A stretch of DNA of 64,000 bases from Tubiluchus corallicola (Eukaryota; Animalia; Priapulida): NCBI GenBank assembly GCA_030141605.1, contig JAQGDQ010000976.1, forward strand, positions 10,050 to 74,049, in the 5' to 3' direction. This document shows positions 12,666 to 24,156 of this stretch, one piece after another. The notes under the pieces were generated by a model that was not told where the DNA came from, ran no database searches, and saw only the letters and a list, made by a program, of their open reading frames with translations. Position numbers and translations under genes: made by a program. How positions within the stretch are numbered: the stretch's first letter is position 1; every line of letters starts with the position of its first letter.

Positions 12666-13044
12666 CTAATAATAACAATGATTCTCAGACAACTACCACT
12701 CATTCCAGCATTTCATGTTTTCTGAAAAATTTCACTATTAGAGTCATGCTAATATTCATTTGTACGCTATAAAATGAAGGCTCTCTAACACAGAGACAGT
12801 TTCAAAAGTGAATAGATGAGATATCAAATCTTTCAGTACCAATATTAATACCATTCTTTCAGATTAAGACTAAATGTAAAATTTTAGAGGAGTTCACATG
12901 TAAAAAAGACAAAACCTTCTCGTTATTTATAAAAGCATCATAACAAAACGACAACAACACTCCAGAAATTAAACTTGCAAATGCATTTTCAAAATTACAA
13001 TATGAAGTATCTTAGGACAGCTAATCTGGTTTAATACCTTAGAT

Positions 13045-13474
13045 CAGGGGTGTGCAAACTGCGGCCCGCGGGCCACTTGCGGCCCGCCGAGAGATGTTGT
13101 GCGGCCCGCGAAGAGGTTTGTCAACGTAATAAAAGTGCGGCCCACGCGATCCAACTGAAGTCTGCGCCAATATCGCACAGATAGTGCAGGTAGTTTTTTC
13201 CTCTAAATCGGATGGCATTAACCCTTACAAGACCGTTGTCACTTAATGTCACTGTCGGACATGATGAAATATACGGTTTTTAATATAAATTTTAATAATT
13301 TCTAAAATAGTTTTTGAGTGTAGTATGCAGTAGTAATGATGTGACAGATCAGATGCAGAAAAATCGTTATTAGGTCCTACTGTACTTGGCTCCTTGACCA
13401 AACTGCATGTGGCCCGCAGGAATTGCGGGAATGTTTAATGTGGCCCGGCTAGTCAGATAATTTGCACACCCCTG
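13045..13474. mobile_element. hAT MITE family C copy 2 (inverted relative to copy 1), AGA intron 2
   Basis: Same TIR; perfect 8-bp TSD CCTTAGAT. Confidence 0.9.
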
Positions 13475-13916
13475 CCTTAGATAATTCGTGGTATTGCTGC
13501 AATAATTACTATGCACAAAAATGTTGTTGTGTCAAAAAATATTTTGAACTGATTCGTTTATACTAATTTTGTGGAAGGTGTGGTTGCAACTTATTATCAG
13601 GATATTTTTAGTCATGTTCCACTCGAACAGGACTCTGTGGCCATTAGTCTAAATTTACTCAATCTTAATTAAGCACCTAGTTCTTGGTCCTTTTCTGGGG
13701 GAAGAAAAGCAGCTATGTGATGGGCAAACCACCTTTCCTCCCTTTTGTGTAAAACAGCAAAGGTTTTGAATATAGGTGTCTCCCCTTTTTTGATTGACTT
13801 AATGTGGAGGCTCAAGCTATACAGGATCCAGATTTGGATTTAGTCTATGGAATCCTAACCAGATCCTGTAAATATGGACTAGTTCTAATTCTAATAGCTG
13901 CATAACTATGACTTAC

Positions 13917-14070
13917 CCATCCATTATCATGGCATCAAGGATGGTCTCTCCATTTTCATCAGGGCTGCCACCATATCCCACAGTGCCATCACATTGCTCT
14001 TTTTCACATTGTGTACATCCAGCTACGATGGCATCTATAGCACTGGATCCACCTTCCAGGCTCTTCCATG
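13917..14070 (-). CDS. AGA: AGA exon 2
   Basis: tttaatag| ... |gtaagt; 154 nt; [52 protein letters not shown], the glycosylasparaginase signature. Confidence 0.97.
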
Positions 14071-14529
14071 CTATTAAAGACAAAACAAAAAACACAATAG
14101 GCAACTTTTATTTAGCTATACCAAAACTTATTCTATAGTCACATTTATTGAATATTTGAACAAGATGCTCATAGACTAGCTGATTTACTGCAAAGTTTCA
14201 ACTAGATTTCACAAGTTGTGATCTACATAATAAATCTTAAAATCTAAGTTTCTGAGCTAATATGTAAAGAGGACGGCAATAATAAATCATGTTACATTCT
14301 AAATTATTACGATCACAGCAATACACTTCATTGAAAAACTAAATGTGCTGCCTTTTGTTTTCAACAATGACAAAAATTAAATAAATTTTTGCACCTTGAC
14401 ATAATCATAATTATCTTATCAATTTTTAACAATGCATATCGTTACCGGTAACATTCTACTGTACAGACATAAAAAAAGATAACATGACAAGAGAAACATG
14501 CTTCCTAAGAAACGTAATTTAATACTTGC

Positions 14530-14671
14530 CTGCTCGAGTTGCATTAGAAAAGTTCCAAGTATTAATAACGAACGGCTTTAATGCGGTACGGCCTTGTAAC
14601 CGCAATACATCCGACCCTGAGTTCATTACAAAGAAAAGTATCACAGCAGTCCATTGTCTAATCACTAACAT
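14530..14671 (-). CDS. AGA: Aspartylglucosaminidase exon 1 (signal peptide + VINTWNFSNATRA)
   Basis: ATG at 14671. MLVIRQWTAVILFFVMNSG...PFVINTWNFSNATRA aligns to human AGA PLVVNTWPFKNATEA. Ends phase 1 at a GC donor (AG|GCAAGT). Confidence 0.9.
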
Positions 14672-15885
14672 AGTATCAAGTTACATAAGGTACCACTATT
14701 AACGCCAAGTTAAATATGTAACACAGAAAGGCCTAACATTGTAATATCACGATAAATTATTCACACTCAAAATACATTTCTAATACGCCTATAAATTTAC
14801 ACATAAAATACCAGACTTCCCACAAGTAACGAAAGGTCGGACTTTGAAAACCATAAACCCTAATAAGGTTACGTTTCGTGAACAGCAACAGATTTCATAA
14901 CATTCAGATCCCCCTAAACTCTGATCGGTTTCTTTCTCCAGGAATATCTAATTGGCGAATGCCTCATTCTAGTCTGAGTGGCCACAATCGTAATAATAAA
15001 TAGTATAAAAAAATTGTACTTCATCATCGCCCATTACGTCTATTATTGACACTGGGCAGACAGAATCCTGAAATAAATCTGCCCTCGAGACAAGTAAACA
15101 CTATACACAGCAAGCCAAGTATTCAACGGAAAATCAAATACAAGAAATCTTTGAAAGCGTCATACATTTCTTCATAAGTACGCCCTGCACAGCCGCCACT
15201 CCGTTAAACCAAAACAATTTCCCAAGTTTAAATTTTTGGTTTAATTAATAAAGCAACAGCCCGAAAAAAATATACACACATAACTGCTGAAAATTCAAAA
15301 TCGAAATCTTAAATTTACAAACAATTATTTATACGATTATTATTATTTCGACTATTATGATTAGTTGTTATTAAATTGAAAGAGCTTCATCATTAAAATA
15401 TTTTTATATCAATCAATGATACGATACCTCATCACCATACAATGTACAATTGCATATACATAATCAAATTGAGAATAACGTAGTTTTTATAAATATAACA
15501 GACGTGTGATTTTATAATAAGAACTATTATAACTAGGCTAGGGCCAAAAGGTATTATAAATTTATAATAAAACGTAAAAAATATAAAAGGCCTATAACAG
15601 GTCTATTGATATAAATATCAATAAATTTTATTGATTAGTGTTCCTTTTTTGATAGCGCACTAATATATATAGTTCATAATAGTTCAAAAATATTTTACTC
15701 TGACTCTTTACATTTCTACGACTGCTACTTGATCGAGTATAGGATACCTTTACAAGACAAAAACAGATAACTATAGTTCCGTTAATAACTTTATGGCTTC
15801 ATCTACATAGACAACCTTCTATCGGAGGACATGTGCCGACAAGGTATACATTACCTGTGTACTGATTGTCGGCTCGCTTGTACTT

Positions 15886-15903
15886 CTTTGATGTCTGCCG
15901 CCA
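15886..15903 (+). promoter_or_regulatory. TCF/LEF HMG site + Helper site pair 3' of Cdx / 5' of AGA
   Basis: CTTTGATG-tct-GCCGCCA, flanked by Cdx-type TTTATGG (15791) and GCCATAAAA (15980). Confidence 0.55.
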
Positions 15904-16009
15904 GGTGTTTGACTATCAGAGCCTAATCCGCTAGCCTCAATGGCCGGGTGTCTATAAACAAAGTTGTCAAACAATAAAAGCCATAAAACAGTAGGCACCA
16001 GAGGAGGAG

Positions 16010-16319
<310 letters not shown>

Positions 16320-17004
16320 CAGTTAAAAAACTAAGAAAATAACAAATAATTTTCTTTGTACAATGGACTAACTTTCACTATGGTGGACGCCAGAAAAAAA
16401 GCCAAGAACTTTTGCACAGCTTCTTCAACCAATTACGTGTAATATTCATTTATTTATTTTTATTTATACAGGAAAATTTTCGCGCAATACAGACAATAGG
16501 CGCGAATACGAATTCACTAAATTAACACGAACTGCACACGTCACACCTTATCGATTTTAAGGAAGACTAGACGAAGAAAAGTGTACAACAAAAGCACTTT
16601 TTAGAAATTATGACTGGAGGCGGCATTTTATCTGATAAGGGCCCAATAAACAACTAAGGGTTCTGGGAAGGACTAGCTTCCCTAGGGTTGCTCCCGACAG
16701 AACCAGCCCGCCGATGCATTTTTACTGAACATGAGGACACTTTGGAGGATCCAAGAGTTGAAACAAATCAGTATTTATACTGTCTTTATAGACCTTGAAT
16801 CAATGCTTAGAAGATAACGTAATAAACTTCTTTGCAAATAACGTTCAGGGGGGGTGCCTTTATATTATCTTTTCTGCATTTCAAAGCATTTTGAGGGCGT
16901 CTGAGAACACTTTGATCGAACTTGGAATTTTTTATGGAAATTCAGTTAGATAAATTTAGGCCATTTTAACATCCAGCAATAGGATTATAAGCAAACACAT
17001 TTAA

Positions 17005-17311
17005 AGGAAGACAGTATGATTTTTCGTATACTCCCACCGTTTTCAAGTTCGATAAAAAATATGCATTTTAACACAATTAATATTGTAAAAGCGTTTCTGA
17101 TAATTAAATAATAGATTAACAGACGCTAGTGCCCGTCTAGCTAGCGAAATGCATGCAACAGCGAAGAACTAGTGGCAGGAGCATGAAATTGTGTTTGTGT
17201 GGCAATAATTCTTTCACGCAAGTCACTCTTGAAAAAATAGTATGTTTCATTTTAATGGCTTAAAGAGCAGATTGTTTTGACCTACAGTTTAAGATTGGGT
17301 CCGGTTTTGCT
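17005..17311 (-). mobile_element. Family A copy 2 (internally deleted)
   Basis: Both termini and TTAA flanks (17001-17004, 17312-17315); central ~300 bp missing relative to copies 3 and 5. Confidence 0.75.
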
Positions 17312-17953
17312 TTAAAAGTAGTACAGGTGTGCTATACTAGTATAGAACAGTATACTGTAGTGCTATATGGAGCAGTTTAGGCCATTCTGTTTAGCAGCAG
17401 CAAGATGAGCAAAGTAGCTTGCACCGCATCATAATTTGCAAAAAAATGAGAGAAATATTCATGAGAAAGTCAGGCTGCTGATGAATGTGTTACAAGTACT
17501 TTTTATTCGCTTATCATTAACAAACTTAGGGTAAATAAATGTAAAAATGTGTAAAAAACTATTTATCACTGATACAAAAGTGTTTTACACAATCTGGTAC
17601 TACCGAGATTGCCGATTTGATGCTTGTTTGGTTCGAATCCCAGCATTAGTGGTTTGTGAACTATTTTATTTCTCTTATAGTTAATATTTCCAAGTGATGT
17701 CCTTTGAGAACGCCTGTATTAGTGGGACAGCAGTGTGTACAAGCGGCCCAGGCAGCAATAAGTATGTGTGAGCTATAAAACTGCTTACGTATAGCATAAA
17801 ATGGGCGAGTCATATGTTGGTATGTTGGTATGTACACTATGCAATTGACTGTAAACAATGGACAGGTAGTATAACAGTAACATCGTGTAGCCTTGAGATG
17901 GGTACATCAGAACTTTCCCAGCGCTTCAGGTGTTCCGGCAAAATTGTAAAGTA

Positions 17954-18367
17954 CTCTATTAAATTTTTGTTCTCTTCGTAACATTGCAAGTCGAAATCTA
18001 TCACTCACTCTATTAAATATTAATTTTTGTTCTCTTCGGTACATTGCAAGTCGAAATCTATCACTCACTCTATTAAATATTAATTTTTGTTCTCTTCGGT
18101 ACATTGCAAGTCGAAATCTATCACTCACTCTATTGAATATTAATTTTTGTTCTCTTCGGTACATTGCAAGTAGAAACCTATCACTCACTCTATTAAATAT
18201 TAATTTTTGTTCTCTTCGGTACATTGCAAGTCGAAACCTATCACTCACTCTATTGAATATTAATTTTTGTTCTCTTCGGTACATTGGGAGTCGAAACCTA
18301 TCACTCACTCTATTAAATATTAATTTTTCTTCTCTTCGGTACATTGCAAGTCGAAACTATCACTCAC
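17954..18367. repeat. 60-bp minisatellite, ~7 copies
   Basis: Identical phase in successive 60-nt lines. Confidence 0.97.
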
Positions 18368-18486
18368 GACAAAGGCAGGCCCGACTCGATGAGATGCTCT
18401 GTGGCGAGACCGGAGACTGGCTCACTAATTGTTAAAGATTTCTCCCCAATGCTCCTCTAAGATTACAGTACATGTCTCTGATCTAA

Positions 18487-18618
18487 TAGTGTATGAAACA
18501 TAACAATTTAATACAATAGATGTAATAATTTTGATGTCACTGTGTGCTTAGTGTCATTATAATGTACTGAATGTGATAATAATAATAAATAAAAAATAAT
18601 AAATAAATAAATAAAAAA
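18487..18618 (+). mobile_element. Retroposon 3' tail family (other copies ~30670-30795 -, ~61840-62058 +)
   Basis: Shared GTGTATGAAA..GATGTCACTGTGTGCTTA..GTACTGAATGTGATAATAA followed by an (AATA)n tail in three places. Confidence 0.7.
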
Positions 18619-20247
18619 TGCCTGGTTTAGGAAATTAACGTTGGGAGAACAAATACTTCGTGCAAGCACTTTTTCCAGTGATTTGGAACAGCGTCAAGAT
18701 AGGAATAGAAAAACCAACCATCTCATGCAAATGCACATTTTTACAAGAGAGTACAAGTTCCCTAAACCAAAAGTCTGGTATCGGTTCCAAACGTAATTGT
18801 CAAGATTTTCGGATTGTGTAGCAGAAATACAAATTAAAAACATTCTTGACTTAAACGCCCAAAAAACGCCCCCCCCCTAAAACATTAAATCAAGTCATTT
18901 TGGACTGGCGGAGACGAGGTATTTCACTTTATCTTGCATGGAATTCGGAGTCTTTCGTCTTTCATGTTTTCTGCGTTCTGCTTTAGATGCTTTCGTCATT
19001 TTTTTCTGTTACATAGGTCATGATCAATGTTATCTTAATGTATCATCTTAATGTAGTTTTGTCCTACATACAGAAGTAAGTTAGCTAGGCTATTATTAGA
19101 ATGATAATACTTGTAGAGGCATCAAATCGTGATGTTACCATTAAGTCATTAGTTCTTTCCATATGAGAAATTTGTTGCATTTCCCCCCCCCCCCCAATTG
19201 TCACACGACCAAATATTTCACGAGAATTTCCAATTTGTGTTGTATTTCCCTCGAAATAGCAAAAGTAAGTAAACCCATTGTGTTCCGTAATGGAAATGTA
19301 CAACTTCACGTGTACAATCATAATACAGAACTGTTGTTCTGGATTAGAACGAAAGCTATCAAAAAACACAAGGTCTACGCAAAATAATGCAATAAAAAAC
19401 CGTTTCATCTTAATAATAATGATAATAGTATTAGATTATAATCATATTTACAAGAAAAATGCAAAGTCCCAGATCCTATAATTAGTCTGAAGAGTGTTCA
19501 AATCACTCCCTATACAGACTTTTATAATATACCATGCAATACGCAAACACATAACACACGATATTTATAAATAATACAAAGCAAGTGACTTATAAATAGA
19601 GCCTATACATACAATCAGAGAATTGCTTTCATATTTTGACATTAACGTAATTATGTGCTAAGTACATTTTTAAGCTATACGTACTACATACGACATTGAA
19701 ACAATAAGTCTATGTACATTATATGAAGCCTCGATAGAATTGCGCATATACGTTTATAATTTAATGTACATGTGTTGCACGATGTGTTTTTAAATATCGT
19801 GAAATTTTATGGGATATAATCTGCCGATAAATTTAGTTTTAGTTGAGAACTATATTGAGAAATCGGCTACAGACATGACATCATCTTGGTAATTATTATA
19901 ATATTATGCTACTGGGATTGTTCAAATAAACAAAACTTGGCTTATACGAGTTGCACACGTTATGCATATAATATTTGTTGAAAAGACAGCCCTTATTTTT
20001 AGGTATGTAATTAACTGCATAGTGACTAAAGTCTATACATGTTTATTGACAGACAATTTTGTTTCGTTGAGACAAAGACATGTTGACTTAAATGACTCAA
20101 GTCCTAAACATATGAATTAAAAAAATTTGAATACTGCAAAACAGACAAATACATAATTTGTGTCTTTCGGCTGGTATACGATAAATACCCCCCCCCCAAA
20201 AAAATAAACACGATTATAATTCATTAGTGACAAAGATTTGTAAAAGA

Positions 20248-20617
20248 TCTGAGTGTTTAGAACAAAACTAATGCTGCTTAAAAATTCGAGTGTTTAGAAC
20301 AAAACTAATGCTGCTTAAAACTCTGAGTGTTTAGAACAAAACTAATGCTGCTTAAAAATCTAAGTGTTTAGAACAAAACTAATGCTGCTTAAAAATCTGA
20401 GTGTTTAGAACAAAACTAATGCTGCTTAAAAATCTGAGTGTTTAGAACAAAACTAATGCTGCTTAAAAATCTGAGTTGTTTAGAACAAAACTAATGCTGC
20501 TTAAAAATCTGAGTGTTTAGAACAAAACTAATGCTGCTTAAAAATCTGAGTGTTTAGAACAAAACTAATGTTGCTTAAAAATCTGAGTGTTTAGAACAAA
20601 ACTAATGTTGCTTAAAA
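20248..20617. repeat. 37-bp minisatellite, 10 copies
   Basis: TCTGAGTGTTTAGAACAAAACTAATGCTGCTTAAAAA. Confidence 0.97.
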
Positions 20618-21442
20618 TTACACATATAAAAATCAATGAAAACAGGACCATGAGCATTGGTCACAAATGCTGTACAACACAACAGCAGGGCTGAGTAATT
20701 CGGAATAATTCGGTACACAAAACAATTAAAGTGGGTTTGAAAAACAAAAGACACAAGTCTCAGAAATATATACAACATAGATTAACACATATTGCCGACA
20801 ACATGAGCAAAAACAGCTAGTTTACTGATAAGTTTAATCACATTACCAACTATACATAACCTTGAATAATCATTATAATACAGCAGATTGTTTTATCATC
20901 AAATGGAAGAAGTTTTAGTCTTAAGCCGATAATTATGATGTCTGTCCTACCAACTCCAACGATAATTTTATTGTATTAGACTGGACTATGCTCACATTAC
21001 GTTGCATACACTTGCAGGCTGTAATAACTGCGTAAATAGTTTAACTTTTGTTTAGCTGATATGACGTTAATGGTCTAGCTCACCTGATATTAAGCATTAA
21101 TTACAAAATTAAGTTCCAGGTAACTTGGAATAGTTTAGAATTAGCCTTTATTTACAAGCAAAAATATTATGCGTTTTTGAGTATGAGATCCAACAAAATT
21201 ACCGAAGAAATAACTCATGCATTAATAATATTCTACGCAAGGCATTTACCCTGGTTGCTGATTTGCTCTACTTTCCCCTAGAATGAAGAACAATGATCGG
21301 ACTTTGGGATTAACAATCAGAATAGATACTTAATCAGAGTAACACATCAATCTGATTTAGCTTATTATGCATGAAATAACGAGCCGACCAGAAGTGACAA
21401 ATCGATTTTAAAGTAAATGATTTGACACAAAGTGGGCAGAAG

Positions 21443-21893
<451 letters not shown>

Positions 21894-22266
21894 ACTGCCC
21901 ACTTTGTGTTAAATCATTTACTTTAAAATCGATTAATACACAAAGTATATACATATATATATATTATGAACCAACCAAAAGTGACAAAATAGGTTTTAAA
22001 GTAAATGGTTTGTTTCGTTTACCAAAATACGTATGTTTGGTAAAAAGTGTGGGAAAGGCATGACGGCAATTTGGGTATCATAGCAAACCTATCTAAGCCT
22101 AGGTCACGATACTCTTGATCTTGGGTCACAATGGGTCGCAATAGCCTTGGGTCACAATACTCTTTTGCAAAAGAAACATTTACAAATGTACATGATTTAT
22201 TAACCTATTCAATATAAATTTAAGGTTTATCGTTATTCTCGGTGATTGCACGACAAGATCGTGTTG

Positions 22267-22372
22267 ACAATGCCCGTCACGTGACTTGAAGAAACACGAA
22301 ACAATGCCCGTCACGTGACTTGAAGAAACACGAAACAATGCCCATCACGTGACTTGAAGAAACACGAAACAA
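22267..22372. repeat. 34-bp x3 tandem repeat with (G/A)TCACGTGAC in each unit
   Basis: ACAATGCCC(G/A)TCACGTGACTTGAAGAAACACGAA at 22267, 22301, 22335. Confidence 0.95.
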
Positions 22373-22375
22373 GAA

Positions 22376-22568
22376 CTAAAATTGTGCATGGAGATTAGGA
22401 GGTCCCAAAGGTGGTTGATCACAAACTTCTAGTTTCGATATCACTTCGTCTTTTTTCTTGCCCATTTTTCGCTCCTTCGCTCTGCGATTTTGGAACCAGA
22501 TTTTCACTTGCCTTTCTGACAGCTGTAGGTTTTGGGCTAGCTCTGCTTTCCGTCTTATAGTTATGTAC
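22376..22568 (-). CDS. Cdx: Cdx exon 3 (homeodomain C-terminal part and tail)
   Basis: tgtttttgcag|G TAC; [42 protein letters not shown]...LHAQF*. First AATAAA on the - strand is at 22201-22196. Confidence 0.97.
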
Positions 22569-22774
22569 CTGCAAAAACAAGCAGACATTTACATTTTTTG
22601 CAACAAAACAACGACAATCTGCAACAATATTACAACAATAACGCAGCAACAACGGTAACGACAACAAAAGTAACAAAGATTAAACAATTTGTTTCCTTTT
22701 CGCGTCAAAATCAACCCATGAATGCCATTCAGTTAATATACGTAAAAAGGAAGTATACATTATAAAAAATGTTT

Positions 22775-23345
22775 ATAGTTAAAACAACACATTTACTTTA
22801 CATAGTTAAAATCATGTCAAACGTTTCGAAGAATACTGTTGTCATCATCAGTGGTAAATTTACAAACATACAACCAGTTTATATAGGGAGAGCCTACTAC
22901 ACTACGCACTAATTAAGTATTTAACAGAAGCCAAATAGATAATGAGTAAGTAGACCAGCAAAGAAAATGATACAGCAACTTAAACACTAATTATGTATTT
23001 ACAAAAGCCAAATAGGTAATGATTAAGCAGACCTGTAGAAAATACAGTAACAAACAGCTAAGTGTCAGAGAATAAAGTTGAAGGAATTGAACTGCTTTGT
23101 ACATTAAGAGAATGCTTATTATGGTACATAGATGAACTTTGTTTTATTAATAAGCTCAAGTTATTTGTAGCTCTGGTCACAATGCTGAAATGATTAAAAT
23201 CAGCTTAGTGGCCAGAGGCACAAATATGGTCATTAATGCTGAATTGAGAAGAACTTTTTAATTTTTTGTCAGTTCTAGACGAAATACCCAAACGTTCACA
23301 AATTCTTAATTTAAAGTGTGTGGATGTTTTGCCATGGCAACCATG
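22775..23345 (-). mobile_element. Penelope-like retroelement remnant (GIY-YIG endonuclease C-terminus + pLTR) in Cdx intron 2
   Basis: - strand reads HGKTSTHFKLRICERLGISSRTDKKLKSSSQFSINDHICASGH*ADFNHFSIVTRATNNLSLLIKQSS...LNVQSSSIPSTLF, matching the PLE endonuclease pattern; contains a stop codon; followed by a hammerhead-like motif. Confidence 0.8.
22811..22856 (-). ncRNA. Degenerate minimal (PLE-type) hammerhead ribozyme motif
   Basis: CA-CUGAUGA-UGAC-aacaguauu-CUUC-GAAA-CGUU; core boxes intact, stem II disrupted. Confidence 0.5.
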
Positions 23346-23686
23346 TTTTAACCATAAATATTTTTTAAGTGCTTGTACTAAAAATTGACTTGCAAAATGA
23401 TTGGAAATACCCCGATGTTATAGTTTCTGCGTTCGAATCTCATTCATACTATATTCACATTTTGGTATTTATACGAAGGAGCTGAAATATCTGGTAGAAG
23501 GCCAGATATTCATTTTTTGCTATTTTATTTTGTGTTAAAGGTTTCTAATAAATAAACTGAAAAATAAATAAAAATAACAACAATAATAAAAAATAATTGA
23601 ATCAAGTGGCAACTGCAATGCTCTGCAATCTACTGTTCTCAAGTGTCGTTCTTCCGTTTTCTTTTGTCGAAATAAAAATAAAATTT

Positions 23687-23835
23687 AAATTATATATATA
23701 TATTAATTCTTTATTTGTCTTTAAAATGGTTCACTCATTGTAATAAAATTGAGTAAGCCTCAGCCTAATGTTAAAATAACAACACTGTTCAAGACAAATG
23801 CGTCCAGTGCTGACTAAAAAAACTAAAGTGCAAAA
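23687..23835 (-). mobile_element. Retroposon 3' tail family (other copy ~58770-58920 +)
   Basis: Shared GTCAGCACTGGACGCATTT..GCTGAGGCTTACTCAATTTT..AATAAAGAATTAA(TA)n. Confidence 0.7.
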
Positions 23836-24071
23836 CTAAGGCCTAATTATATACAATAAATGAACATATATACAAACACCATATTAAAGTTAAAATAGTA
23901 TTAATGTGAACTACTAATAATAATGTGTACTATTAATAGAACATATTAATAGTATTAACCATTATTTATGTAGCTCGATTTCATTCCACACCCTAATTTG
24001 TGAAACTCACAAACAAGATTACAAAATAAGGACACTTAAATACTACAATTACAATAGTGAAAAAAGCTTAC

Positions 24072-24156
24072 CTGCTGTAATGAAATTCTTTTTCCAGTTC
24101 TAAGCGTTGATGGTCGCTGTACACCACTCTGTACTTGTCTTTTGTTCTAGTTTTTC
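24072..24156 (-). CDS. Cdx: Cdx exon 2 (homeodomain N-terminal part); may start at 24189 using an upstream in-frame acceptor
   Basis: ctctgcag|GA AAA ACT AGA...; (G)[27 protein letters not shown](R)|gtaagc. [12 protein letters not shown] is diagnostic of Cdx. Confidence 0.97.

Noticed and set aside
15836-15873. Hairpin GCCGACAA...TTGTCGGC as a pre-miRNA
   Set aside because: About 15 bp of stem in under 50 nt, too short; no known mature sequence recognised.
20248-20617. 37-bp repeat of CRISPR-like length containing GTTTAGA
   Set aside because: Head-to-tail with no spacers; a minisatellite.
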